Source: Flavobacteriales bacterium (GTDB lineage Bacteria; Bacteroidota; Bacteroidia; Flavobacteriales; Flavobacteriaceae). Taken from it: a stretch of 28,589 nucleotides of DNA. Shown piece after piece: positions 1 through 9,318 of the stretch. The DNA is taken from positions 1 through 28,589 of the forward strand of contig SGZK01000001.1 in the NCBI GenBank assembly GCA_004214195.1, written 5' to 3'. The position numbers and the translations under genes were made by a program. Every line of letters starts with the position of its first letter. Position 1 is the stretch's first letter. The notes below the pieces were generated by a model, which saw nothing but the letters and a program-made list of their open reading frames with translations, did no database searches and was not told the origin of the DNA.

Positions 1-1383
1 CCTTGGCGCTGGTGGAATTCCATCAAGATGGAATCTACCTATAGTTTTATTATCTTTTGCCATTGGTCTTTCACCCTGTAAAACATGAATTTCTACTGAT
101 GGTTGATTATCTGCAGCAGTTGAGAATACTTGTGATTTTTTTGATGGTATAGTGGTATTTGCCTCAATTAACTTGGTCATAACATCTCCCATTGTTGCTA
201 TTCCTAAGGACAAAGGAGTAACATCAAGCAATAAGACATCCTCAACATCCCCAGTCAGAACTCCCCCTTGAATTGCAGCTCCTATAGCAACAACTTCATC
301 TGGGTTAACACCTTTAGATGGTTTTTTTCCAAATAATTTTTCTACTTCTTTCTGAATTATTGGAATTCTTGTAGAACCACCTACTAAAATTACCTCATCT
401 ATATCTGATTTAGACAAGCCAGAATCTTTCATTGCTTTTTTAACTGGTTCTAGAGATCTTTTTACTAATTCATCTGATAATTTTTCAAACTTAGCTCTTG
501 TTAAAGATGTCACTATGTGTTTAGGACCAGATGATGTAGCAGTAACATAAGGTAAATTAATTTCAGTCTGAGTTGATGAGGACAATTCAATCTTTGCTTT
601 TTCTGCTGCTTCTTTTAGTCTTTGAAGAGCCATAGGGTCTTCCCTTAAATCAATTTGTTCTGATTTTTTAAATTCCTCAGCTAGAAGATCTATTATTACT
701 TGATCAAAATCATCACCTCCTAAATGGGTGTCACCATTAGTAGCTAATACTTCAAATACACCATCTCCTAGCTCAAGTATTGATATATCAAAAGTACCAC
801 CTCCTAGATCATAAACAGCAATTTTTTTATCCTTTCCTCCTTTATCCATCCCATAGGCTAATGCAGCAGCAGTAGGCTCATTAATAATTCTTTCAACCTT
901 TAATCCTGCAATTTCTCCAGCTTCTTTTGTAGCTTGTCTTTGAGAATCATTAAAATATGCTGGAACTGTAACTACAGCCTCAGACACACTCTGTCCAAGA
1001 TAATCTTCTGCGGTTTTCTTCATTTTTTGAAGAACCATAGCAGACAATTCTTGAGGAGTATATAGCCTTCCATCTATATCCACCCTTGGAGTATTGTTAT
1101 CTCCTTTTACAACTTTATAAGCAACAGTCTTAACTTCTTTAGAAGATTCAGTATACTTATTCCCCATAAATCTCTTAATTGATGAAATAGTTTTTGTTGG
1201 ATTTGTTACAGCTTGTCTTTTAGCTGGATCTCCAACTTTGATTTCACCATCTTCAACAAAAGCTGTTACAGATGGTGTTGTTCTTTTTCCTTCAGCATTA
1301 GGTATAACAACAGGTTCACTTCCCTCCATAACAGATACACATGAATTTGTAGTTCCTAAATCTATTCCTATAATTTTACTCAT
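1..1383 (-). CDS. dnaK: Molecular chaperone DnaK (Hsp70), 3'-truncated by the window edge
   Basis: Not in the ORF track; translated by hand from ATG at 1383: [21 protein letters not shown]..., then [55 protein letters not shown]. The frame stays open to position 1 (...[13 protein letters not shown]). Confidence 0.99.
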   Translation of the reverse strand, partial: MSKIIGIDLGTTNSCVSVMEGSEPVVIPNAEGKRTTPSVTAFVEDGEIKVGDPAKRQAVTNPTKTISSIKRFMGNKYTESSKEVKTVAYKVVKGDNNTPRVDIDGRLYTPQELSAMVLQKMKKTAEDYLGQSVSEAVVTVPAYFNDSQRQATKEAGEIAGLKVERIINEPTAAALAYGMDKGGKDKKIAVYDLGGGTFDISILELGDGVFEVLATNGDTHLGGDDFDQVIIDLLAEEFKKSEQIDLREDPMALQRLKEAAEKAKIELSSSTQTEINLPYVTATSSGPKHIVTSLTRAKFEKLSDELVKRSLEPVKKAMKDSGLSKSDIDEVILVGGSTRIPIIQKEVEKLFGKKPSKGVNPDEVVAIGAAIQGGVLTGDVEDVLLLDVTPLSLGIATMGDVMTKLIEANTTIPSKKSQVFSTAADNQPSVEIHVLQGERPMAKDNKTIGRFHLDGIPPAPR

Positions 1384-1402
1384 AACTTTATATTTTTTAA
1401 AT

Positions 1403-1464
1403 ATTAATGACAAGCATTATGCCAATATTATAATAAATGACATTATGTCATGTTTGTCATTAAT
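1403..1464. repeat. 15-bp inverted repeat (14/15 match) enclosing a 7-1-7 perfect palindrome
   Basis: ATTAATGACAAGCAT (1403-1417) pairs with ATGTTTGTCATTAAT (1450-1464). ATGACAT-T-ATGTCAT lies at 1437-1451. Confidence 0.85.
1410..1424 (-). promoter_or_regulatory. Candidate sigma54 (-24/-12)-type promoter for dnaK
   Basis: Minus strand reads TGGCAT-AATGC-TTGT against the consensus TGGCAC-N5-TTGC. Spacing is correct and the -12 C is replaced by T. Implied start site is about 15 nt upstream of the dnaK ATG. Confidence 0.55.
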
Positions 1465-1482
1465 TTATTTGCATTACTTTTG
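1454..1482 (+). promoter_or_regulatory. Bacteroidota housekeeping promoter (-33 TTG / -7 TAnnTTTG) for panB
   Basis: TACTTTTG at 1475-1482 is an exact TAnnTTTG match. TTG at 1454-1456 gives an 18-nt spacer (about 19 is typical). The ATG follows at 1495. Confidence 0.65.
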
Positions 1483-1494
1483 TCAAAAAAACTA

Positions 1495-2310
1495 ATGATT
1501 AGCCAATCAAAACACGACAGAGTAACAATAAAGCTGCTCGAGCAAATGAAAAGTGATGGTGAAAAAATATCAATGCTGACTGCATATGATTATAGTTTTG
1601 CGAAGATAATTGATAATGCAGGTATAGACATAATCTTGGTTGGTGACTCCGCTTCAAACGTTATGGCTGGACATGAGACTACTTTACCAATAACATTAGA
1701 TCAAATGATTTATCATGCAAGCTCAGTTGTAAGAGCAGTAAAAAGAGCATTGGTTATTGTTGATCTTCCTTTTGGGACTTATCAGGCAGATCCTAAAGTA
1801 GCATTAAAGTCAGCAATAAGAATAATGAAAGAATCAGGTGCCCACGCTGTTAAATTAGAAGGTGGAAAGCTTGCTAAAGATTCTATTGAAAGAATCCTAA
1901 AAGCTGGGATTCCTGTTATGGGACACTTAGGATTAACTCCTCAGTCAATCTATAAGTTTGGAACCTACAATGTCAGAGCTAAAGAAGAAAAAGAAGCAAA
2001 AACATTAATAAACGACGCATTATTACTTGAAGAAATTGGATGTTTCTCACTAGTTCTTGAAAAAATACCGAATATGCTTTCTAAAAAAGTATTAAATAAA
2101 TTAAAAATACCAATTATAGGAATTGGTGCAGGATCTGGTCTTGATGGTCAAGTACTAGTTTCTCATGATATGCTTGGAATGAATAAAGACTTCAGTCCTA
2201 GATTTCTTAGAAGATATCTTGATTTAGACTCATTAATTAATAAAGCAGTCAAAAAATATTCAAAGGATATTAAGAATGGGGACTTTCCTAATAAGAAAGA
2301 ACAATATTAA
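1495..2310 (+). CDS. panB: 3-methyl-2-oxobutanoate hydroxymethyltransferase
   Basis: Motifs [52 protein letters not shown]. Start moved from 1450 to ATG 1495 (271 aa) because the promoter box lies inside the longer ORF. Confidence 0.97.
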   Translation: MISQSKHDRVTIKLLEQMKSDGEKISMLTAYDYSFAKIIDNAGIDIILVGDSASNVMAGHETTLPITLDQMIYHASSVVRAVKRALVIVDLPFGTYQADPKVALKSAIRIMKESGAHAVKLEGGKLAKDSIERILKAGIPVMGHLGLTPQSIYKFGTYNVRAKEEKEAKTLINDALLLEEIGCFSLVLEKIPNMLSKKVLNKLKIPIIGIGAGSGLDGQVLVSHDMLGMNKDFSPRFLRRYLDLDSLINKAVKKYSKDIKNGDFPNKKEQY

Positions 2311-2311
2311 A

Positions 2312-2998
2312 TTGTCTTTTACTAAGTCTAATATCGTCTTTGAAGATAATCATCTTATTATTGCAAATAAACCTCCTGGTATATTAGTTCAAGGAGATAA
2401 GACTGGTGATAAAAGCCTAATAGATTTAGTTAAAGAGTATCTAAAATTTAAATATTCTAAAAAAGGAAATGTTTTTTTAGGATTAGTAAATAGAATTGAT
2501 AGACCTACTTCTGGAATTGTTATTCTTGCTAAAACTAGTAAAGCACTCTCGAGAATGAACTCTTTGATTAAGAATAGAGAAATTAATAAATTTTATTGGA
2601 TGATTATTAGTAAAAGTTTCCCTAACAATGATGGGGTTTTAAATGGATGGTTCAGAAAGAACTCTAAATTAAATAAATCTTTTGTATACGAGAAGAAAGT
2701 AACTAATTCTAAATTAGGTTCTTTAAAATATACAAAGATTAAAGATTTCAAAAGGTATAGTCTATTTGAAATTGACCTTGAAACAGGAAGACACCATCAA
2801 ATTAGAGCTCAATTCTCAAAACTTGGATATCCAATTGTGGGTGACTTAAAATATGGTGCTAAAAGATCATTGAAAGACGGGAGTATATACCTACATTCAA
2901 GAAGAATTATATTTGAACACCCTATAAAAAAAAATAAAATTGACCTTATAGCTAAACCCCCTAGGAATGGTTTATGGACTGCTTCTCTTTTCGATTAA
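2312..2998 (+). CDS. RluA-family RNA pseudouridine synthase
   Basis: IIANKPPG, catalytic motif NRIDRPTSG, LETGRHHQIR, PIVGDLKYG, LHSRRI. Probable TTG start at 2312, just after the panB stop. The track's ATG at 2276 overlaps panB by 35 bp. Confidence 0.93.
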   Translation: MSFTKSNIVFEDNHLIIANKPPGILVQGDKTGDKSLIDLVKEYLKFKYSKKGNVFLGLVNRIDRPTSGIVILAKTSKALSRMNSLIKNREINKFYWMIISKSFPNNDGVLNGWFRKNSKLNKSFVYEKKVTNSKLGSLKYTKIKDFKRYSLFEIDLETGRHHQIRAQFSKLGYPIVGDLKYGAKRSLKDGSIYLHSRRIIFEHPIKKNKIDLIAKPPRNGLWTASLFD

Positions 2999-4532
2999 GA
3001 CTAATAGCCTTTTCTTTAATAATATCTCTAAGAGGCTTACGTTTAATTTTACTCTCTAAATAAGATAAGATGTCTAGATACAGAAAAGATCTTTTTTCAT
3101 AAGGATCATTCTCAAACTTTTTAAGCTCCTTATATAATTTCTTTAAACTGTCTTTTATATCATGAGGATATATATTTTCAAGATTTCTGACATACCTGAT
3201 TAGTGCCTTTTGTACCTCATGAAGATCATTCATTTTTAGAAGATATTTGTATGTATTTCTAATAATTTTTTCTAAATGATAATCATATCCAGCCTCATAA
3301 TGTGCCATTAAATTTAATACTCTTGTAAAACATTGAAGATCTTCCCTCATTTTTAAATTTTTATCTTTAATTATCTTATCTAAGTAAACAATACATTTTT
3401 CGTAATCATCTAAAGCAAAATACATGCATGCTATTTTATAATAAAGAAGCATTATATGAGTAGGATCAATTAGATTTTTATTTTCTTCAATCCCATCTAA
3501 AACATTAGGAATAATATTAAGACTATCTTCAAAATTACCTTCTAATGCATATAGATTAAATAAATTATTGTATTTATATAAAAAAGATAGTGATGAGGTA
3601 TTTTGATTTCTCCTAAAATCATCACTTTCAATATTACTGATTAACCTATTAAGTGTTATTTTAAATTTAGAGGGGTGCTTAATTAATACCAAAGCCTCTA
3701 AAAGATAATTAGTTCCCTTTAAATAAAAAACCGGATGTATATTAATCATTTCTGGATTTTTTTCAAACATATCAACCCACTTTGAGGCATATTTATAACT
3801 TGACAAAAAGTCTTGGGTTATTAAACTATACCATACCCAGGCCTTATAATATAAAAGCTTTTCTCTAAAACCTAAATTGTCAATATCTATCTTTGGTATT
3901 CTAGCATAAAAGAATTTAGTTAGATTCCTATAATCATCATCACTTTTGACATACCCAACTTTTATAAGCTTTTCATATAATTGAAGTGAAAGATTTGAAA
4001 GCCTACTTGAAATATCATTTTGTTTCCTCAAATAATCAGCTTGAGTTGTTAACTCTTCAGTTCTATTTGACATACTCCTAGTAATATATTGTGACTCTAT
4101 TAATTTTTCAAACTCAACAATTTCATATGCAGAAGTTTTTTCATCATATTTATATGCAATATTCTTTGCTTTCTCTAATACCTTTAAGCTTTGCTTATAT
4201 AAACCTTTTTGATATAAAATAGTAGCAAAGTCAATTTGACTTCTAATTTTAAGTCTAATATTTTTATGAACTGGATTTAATCGGAGACTAATTAAAATTT
4301 GTTTGTATAAATGAGCTTTTAAATTAGATAACTGCTGTTTCGAAACAATTCCTTTCTCTAGAATTGTTTTCTCTTCATACTTGTCCATTTTTTCTAATTG
4401 ATTAAATAAGTTTAAAAACTTTGAATCCTCATTAGAATGCATCCTTCCAACATATAATTTAAATTGTCTCTTTTCTGACTTAGTTAATGATTTAACTAAA
4501 ACAAATAAGTTATCTTTTATATCATTAGTCAT
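2961..4532 (-). CDS. Uncharacterised 523-aa alpha-helical protein with TPR-like repeats and a basic N-terminal domain
   Basis: Long intact ORF. TPR-like helix pairs (ILYQKGLYKQSLKVLEKAKNIA; YYKIACMYFALDDYEKCIVYLDKII). Basic N-terminus LFVLVKSLTKSEKRQFK resembles conserved Bacteroidota hypothetical proteins as I recall them. No TM segment, signal peptide or catalytic motif recognised. Confidence 0.85.
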   Translation of the reverse strand: MTNDIKDNLFVLVKSLTKSEKRQFKLYVGRMHSNEDSKFLNLFNQLEKMDKYEEKTILEKGIVSKQQLSNLKAHLYKQILISLRLNPVHKNIRLKIRSQIDFATILYQKGLYKQSLKVLEKAKNIAYKYDEKTSAYEIVEFEKLIESQYITRSMSNRTEELTTQADYLRKQNDISSRLSNLSLQLYEKLIKVGYVKSDDDYRNLTKFFYARIPKIDIDNLGFREKLLYYKAWVWYSLITQDFLSSYKYASKWVDMFEKNPEMINIHPVFYLKGTNYLLEALVLIKHPSKFKITLNRLISNIESDDFRRNQNTSSLSFLYKYNNLFNLYALEGNFEDSLNIIPNVLDGIEENKNLIDPTHIMLLYYKIACMYFALDDYEKCIVYLDKIIKDKNLKMREDLQCFTRVLNLMAHYEAGYDYHLEKIIRNTYKYLLKMNDLHEVQKALIRYVRNLENIYPHDIKDSLKKLYKELKKFENDPYEKRSFLYLDILSYLESKIKRKPLRDIIKEKAISLNRKEKQSINHS

Positions 4533-4568
4533 TGTATTAAATTTTTATTTAAAATACTGGTTATTAAT

Positions 4569-4622
4569 CCATTAAATCAATTACAAATGTAACGAATATT
4601 GTAATAGTTAATGGTTTTTTTT
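4569..4622. repeat. Nested imperfect inverted repeat followed by T8 in the divergent promoter region
   Basis: CCATTAA (4569-4575)/TTAATGG (4608-4614); ATTACAA (4580-4586)/TTGTAAT (4599-4605); inner TTACA-aa-TGTAA (4581-4592); T8 at 4615-4622. Confidence 0.7.
4584..4591 (-). promoter_or_regulatory. -7 element (TACATTTG) for the 523-aa TPR-like gene
   Basis: Exact TAnnTTTG on the minus strand about 50 nt upstream of ATG 4532. No clear -33 TTG. Confidence 0.5.
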
Positions 4623-4659
4623 ATCTAATCTATATATATGTAATAAATTAGTAGATAAC

Positions 4660-5820
4660 ATGAAGGATGTAGTTAAAATATTTGATACAACTTTAAGAGA
4701 TGGAGAGCAGGTGCCAGGTTGCAAACTTGACACTAAAAATAAACTAAATTTAGCTATACAACTTGACAATTTAGGAGTTGATATACTTGAAGCCGGTTTT
4801 CCAATCTCTAGTCCTGGTGATTTTGAATCTGTAATTGAGATTTCAAAAAATATCAAAAATGCATCAGTATGTGCTCTAAGTAGGGCAAATGAAAAAGATA
4901 TTGAAGTGGCCGCTGAATCTCTTAAGCATGCTATAAAACCGAGAATACATACAGGTATAGGCACTTCTGATATTCATATAAAATATAAATTTAACTCAAA
5001 TAAAGATGCAATAATTGAATTAGCAAAACGATCAGTTTCTTATGCTAAAAAATTTGTAGAGGACGTAGAGTTTTATGCTGAAGATGCTGGGAGAACTGAT
5101 AATATTTTTCTTGCAAAAGTCTGTGAAGAGGTTATAAAATCAGGAGCCACAGTTCTTAATATTCCTGACACAACTGGATACTGTCTACCTAGTGAATATG
5201 GAGAAAAAATTAAATTTTTAAAAGAAAATGTAAAAGGAGTTAATAATGTTACTATTTCATGTCATTGTCATAATGATCTTGGATTAGCTACTGCAAATTC
5301 TATTTATGGAGTAATTAATGGTGCTCGACAAATAGAATGTACAATAAATGGAATTGGGGAAAGAGCTGGCAACACTTCTTTAGAAGAAGTTGTAATGATC
5401 ATGAGACAACATCCTAATCTAAATCTTGATACTAATATAAATTCAAAATTATTATATAGTACAAGTCAACAAGTTTCAGATTTAATGGGTATGCCTGTTC
5501 AACCAAATAAAGCTGTTGTTGGCTCCAATGCTTTTGCACATAGCTCAGGAATACATCAGGATGGGGTAATAAAGAAAAGGGAAACATATGAAATTATTGA
5601 CCCTAAAGATGTTGGTGTTGATAAATCTTCAATTATATTAACTGCTAGAAGTGGTAGAGCAGCTCTTGCTTACAAAATGAAAGAAATTGGTGTAGAACTA
5701 ACAAAGGTTCAACTTGACTCTGTATATCAAGAATTCCTTACTTTAGCAGACATTCAAAAAGAAGTTTCAGAAAGAGATTTACCAATTCTTCTAGATAAAC
5801 AAAATATTAAATATGGGTAA
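4660..5820 (+). CDS. leuA: 2-isopropylmalate synthase, short form without the C-terminal regulatory domain
   Basis: [56 protein letters not shown]. Ends at 386 aa soon after LTARSGRAA. Confidence 0.95.
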   Translation: MKDVVKIFDTTLRDGEQVPGCKLDTKNKLNLAIQLDNLGVDILEAGFPISSPGDFESVIEISKNIKNASVCALSRANEKDIEVAAESLKHAIKPRIHTGIGTSDIHIKYKFNSNKDAIIELAKRSVSYAKKFVEDVEFYAEDAGRTDNIFLAKVCEEVIKSGATVLNIPDTTGYCLPSEYGEKIKFLKENVKGVNNVTISCHCHNDLGLATANSIYGVINGARQIECTINGIGERAGNTSLEEVVMIMRQHPNLNLDTNINSKLLYSTSQQVSDLMGMPVQPNKAVVGSNAFAHSSGIHQDGVIKKRETYEIIDPKDVGVDKSSIILTARSGRAALAYKMKEIGVELTKVQLDSVYQEFLTLADIQKEVSERDLPILLDKQNIKYG

Positions 5821-7204
5821 AACATTATTTGATAAAGTATGGGATTCTCATGTTATAAATAAGATTGATAATGGTCCTGATGTTTTATTCATTGATCGTC
5901 ACTTTATACATGAAGTAACAAGTCCTGTTGCTTTTATTGGACTTAAGAACAGAAAATTAAAAGTTTTATTTCCAAATAAAACTTTTGCAACAGCAGATCA
6001 TAATACTCCAACTATTAATCAACACTTGCCAATTAAAGATGCATTATCTGCTCAACAAGTCAAAACTTTAGAAAAAAATTGTGCTGAACATGGTATAGAT
6101 TTTTGGGGACTAGGACATAAAATGAATGGTATTGTTCATGTCATTGGACCAGAAAATGGCATAACACAACCCGGATTAACTATAGTTTGTGGTGATTCTC
6201 ATACTTCAACTCATGGAGCCTTTGGGGCCATTGCATTTGGAATTGGTACTTCTGAAGTTGAAATGGTTCTTTCATGTCAATCTATAATGCAGCAAAAACC
6301 AAAAAAAATGAGGATTACTATAAATGGTAAACTCAATAGCTGTGTCACGCCAAAGGATGTTGCTATATTCATAATAAGTAAACTTTCTTCTTCCGGAGCT
6401 ACTGGTTACTTTGTTGAATATTACGGAGATGTTTTTAAATCAATGACCATGGAAGGAAGAATGACAGTTTGTAATTTAAGTATAGAAATGGGTGCAAGAG
6501 GAGGAATGATTGCTCCTGATAAAAAAACTTTTGAATACCTTAAGGGTAAAGAATTTTCTCCAAAAGATGAAGAATGGGATAGTGCAATAGAATCCTGGAG
6601 AAATCTAAAATCAGATCCAGACTCTGTTTTTGACAAAGAAATTTCATTTAATGCAAATGAAATTGAACCTATGATAACCTATGGGACAAATCCTGGTATG
6701 GCAGTACCAATTTCAAAAGAAATTCCTTATTTCAATGATTCAAGTTCAAAATCTTCGTTTTCTAAGTCACTGGAATACATGAATTTCAAAGAGGGTGAAG
6801 TAATGTTAGGGAAAAAAATTGATTATGTATTTCTTGGAAGTTGCACCAATGGAAGAATTGAGGATTTCAGATCATTTGCAAATTTAATTAAAGGCAAAAG
6901 AAAGGCAGAAAATATTGATGCATGGCTAGTTCCAGGATCTATTAAAGTTTTAAAAAGCATTAAAGATGAAGGAATACTTGAAATTTTAAAAAATTCTGGA
7001 TTTAAACTTAGAGAACCAGGCTGTTCAGCATGTCTTGCAATGAATGATGATAAAATACCTGCTGGGAAATATGCAGTTAGCACTACTAATAGAAACTTTG
7101 AAGGAAGGCAAGGGCCTGGGGCAAGAACTATCCTTGCAAGCCCTTTAGTTGCTGCAGCATCTGCAATTACTGGAAAGATAACTGACCCTAGAGAAATTAT
7201 TTAA
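5813..7204 (+). CDS. leuC: 3-isopropylmalate dehydratase large subunit
   Basis: [26 protein letters not shown], 4Fe-4S ligand motifs GSCTNGR and [17 protein letters not shown]. Confidence 0.98.
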   Translation: MGKTLFDKVWDSHVINKIDNGPDVLFIDRHFIHEVTSPVAFIGLKNRKLKVLFPNKTFATADHNTPTINQHLPIKDALSAQQVKTLEKNCAEHGIDFWGLGHKMNGIVHVIGPENGITQPGLTIVCGDSHTSTHGAFGAIAFGIGTSEVEMVLSCQSIMQQKPKKMRITINGKLNSCVTPKDVAIFIISKLSSSGATGYFVEYYGDVFKSMTMEGRMTVCNLSIEMGARGGMIAPDKKTFEYLKGKEFSPKDEEWDSAIESWRNLKSDPDSVFDKEISFNANEIEPMITYGTNPGMAVPISKEIPYFNDSSSKSSFSKSLEYMNFKEGEVMLGKKIDYVFLGSCTNGRIEDFRSFANLIKGKRKAENIDAWLVPGSIKVLKSIKDEGILEILKNSGFKLREPGCSACLAMNDDKIPAGKYAVSTTNRNFEGRQGPGARTILASPLVAAASAITGKITDPREII

Positions 7205-7206
7205 CT

Positions 7207-7803
7207 ATGGCTTACGATAAATTTAATATAATCAACAGCTCAGCTGTTCCTTTAAACATAGATAATGTTGATACTGATCAAATCATTCCTGCTAGGTATC
7301 TAAAAGCAACAGAAAGAAAAGGATTTGGAGATAATCTTTTTAGAGATTGGAGGTATGATAGAAATAATGAGATAATTAAAGATTTTCCTTTAAATAATAA
7401 AAATTATTCAGGAAAAATATTAGTTGCTGGAAAAAACTTCGGATGCGGGTCATCAAGAGAACATGCTGTTTGGGCAATTTATGATTATGGTTTTAGAGCA
7501 GTTGTATCAAGTTTCTTTGCTGATATTTTTAAAAACAATTGTTTAAACATAGGTGTTCTTCCAGTACAAATATCAGAAAGTTTTCTAAATAAACTTTTTA
7601 ATGAAATAGAAAAAGATAATTATAGTTTATTTGAGATTAACCTTCCTAATCAATCTATTAGTATTGTATCAAATAGACAATCTGAAAGTTTTAATATTAG
7701 TAATTATAAAAAAGAAAATATGATGAATGGTTTTGATGATATAGATTATTTAGTTGACAGAAAAGAAGATATCATTACTTTTGCTAATAAAATTTCTCAT
7801 TAA
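7207..7803 (+). CDS. leuD: 3-isopropylmalate dehydratase small subunit
   Basis: NVDTDQIIPARYL, GKNFGCGSSREHA, SFFADIFKNN. Confidence 0.98.
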   Translation: MAYDKFNIINSSAVPLNIDNVDTDQIIPARYLKATERKGFGDNLFRDWRYDRNNEIIKDFPLNNKNYSGKILVAGKNFGCGSSREHAVWAIYDYGFRAVVSSFFADIFKNNCLNIGVLPVQISESFLNKLFNEIEKDNYSLFEINLPNQSISIVSNRQSESFNISNYKKENMMNGFDDIDYLVDRKEDIITFANKISH

Positions 7804-9314
7804 TGGGTAAGAAACTTATTGAAATAATGGATACAACTTTAAGGGATGGTGAACAAACATCTGGGGTATCCTATACACCTAACGAAAAATTAACTATTGC
7901 AAAATTCCTTATCAACAAGCTTAATATTGATAGAATTGAAATTGCCTCAGCTAGAGTTTCAGATGGAGAACTAGAATCAGTAAAAAAAATTACTAATTGG
8001 GCTAAAAAGAATAAAAAAGTCAATTGTATAGAGGTGCTAACTTTTGTGGATAATGGGTTATCTATTGAATGGATATCAAAAGCAAATTGTAAAGTTCAAA
8101 ATCTACTTACTAAAGGTTCTCTTAATCATTTAAAACATCAATTAAAGAAAACTCCAAAAGATCACTTTAATGATATTTCTCAAGTATTGAAGAAGGCTAG
8201 TAATAAAAAAATTATTACAAATGTATATCTAGAGGATTGGAGCAATGGTATGAAAAATTCTAAGAAATATGTTTTTGAATATCTAGATTTTTTATATAAA
8301 CAAAATATCAAAAGACTATTACTTCCTGATACCCTTGGAATATTAACTCATTATGAGGTCTATCAATTTATTGATGAAATCAAAAACAAGTTCCCTGACT
8401 TTCATATTGATTTTCATGGTCATAATGATTATGATTTAAGTGTAAGCAATGCTATAGAAGCTATAAGAGCTGGATGCAACGGGTTACATGTAACTGTTAA
8501 CGGAATGGGTGAAAGAGCTGGAAACACTCCACTTTCAAGTACTATAGCTTCAATTAAAGATTTTCTTCCCAATTATTATACAAATGTTAATGAAGGTAAG
8601 TTATACCAGGCAAGTAAAATTGTTTCAACTTTTTCTGGTCAAACAGTATCCTCAAACAAGGCTATTGTAGGAGAGAACGTATTTACTCAAACTGCTGGAG
8701 TCCATGCTGATGGTGACAATAAGAAGAACTTATATCATAATTTAAGCCCTGAAAGATTTGGAAGAAAAAGAAAATATGCCTTAGGAAAAACGTCTGGAAA
8801 AGCAAATATCAAGAATAATCTAGATGAATTAGGAATTAAACTTTCAGATAAAGAACTTAAAATGGTTACTTCAAAAGTAATAGAGCTTGGAGATAAGAAA
8901 GAGAGAGTAACAATTGAAGATCTTCCATATATAATTAATGATGTTCTTGATTATCCTGAAAAAAATAAAAAAATAATAATTGATTCATATGTATTGACTA
9001 GTGCTAAAACACTTAAACCTTCGACTTCTTTATCGATGATAATAAAAGATAAATTATATCAAGAAACTGCATCAGGAGATGGCCAATTTGATGCTTTTAT
9101 GAATGCATTAAAAAGCATATATAAAAGTATAAATTTAAAACTTCCTAAATTAATTGACTATTCTGTAAGAATACCGCCTGGAAGTGATTCTGATGCACTT
9201 TGCGAAACAACAATTACTTGGGATTCTGGTAAAAAGAAATTTAAAACTAGAGGTCTTGATTCTGATCAAACTGTAGCAGCAATAAAGGCAACAGAAAAAA
9301 TGCTAAACATATAA
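7803..9314 (+). CDS. cimA: (R)-citramalate synthase, Leptospira-type CimA, with C-terminal regulatory domain
   Basis: [56 protein letters not shown] and PERFGRKRKYALGK match the L. interrogans CimA type as I recall it, not LeuA. C-terminal GDGQFDAF...DSDQTVAAIKAT domain present. Confidence 0.85.
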   Translation: MGKKLIEIMDTTLRDGEQTSGVSYTPNEKLTIAKFLINKLNIDRIEIASARVSDGELESVKKITNWAKKNKKVNCIEVLTFVDNGLSIEWISKANCKVQNLLTKGSLNHLKHQLKKTPKDHFNDISQVLKKASNKKIITNVYLEDWSNGMKNSKKYVFEYLDFLYKQNIKRLLLPDTLGILTHYEVYQFIDEIKNKFPDFHIDFHGHNDYDLSVSNAIEAIRAGCNGLHVTVNGMGERAGNTPLSSTIASIKDFLPNYYTNVNEGKLYQASKIVSTFSGQTVSSNKAIVGENVFTQTAGVHADGDNKKNLYHNLSPERFGRKRKYALGKTSGKANIKNNLDELGIKLSDKELKMVTSKVIELGDKKERVTIEDLPYIINDVLDYPEKNKKIIIDSYVLTSAKTLKPSTSLSMIIKDKLYQETASGDGQFDAFMNALKSIYKSINLKLPKLIDYSVRIPPGSDSDALCETTITWDSGKKKFKTRGLDSDQTVAAIKATEKMLNI

Positions 9315-9318
9315 TAAG

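Noticed and set aside
1384-1494. CIRCE element upstream of dnaK
   Set aside because: TTAGCACTC-N9-GAGTGCTAA is absent and the palindromes present have a different sequence.
1238-1495. 85-aa + strand ORF in the track
   Set aside because: Antisense shadow of the dnaK N-terminus that runs through the promoter region. No recognisable family.
2926-2934. A9 tract near the 3' end of rluA
   Set aside because: The frame is intact, it encodes a Lys-rich stretch, and such runs are expected at this AT content.
4531-4575. Leu-containing + strand frame (IVLNFYLKYWLLIH*) stopping inside the 5' arm of the leuA hairpin, resembling leuL
   Set aside because: There is no ATG back to the stop at 4399, TTA is common in AT-rich DNA, and no upstream + strand promoter was found.
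4608-7083. Minus-strand ORFs 4608-4964, 6421-6636 and 6823-7083
   Set aside because: Antisense shadows of leuA and leuC with no motifs of their own.
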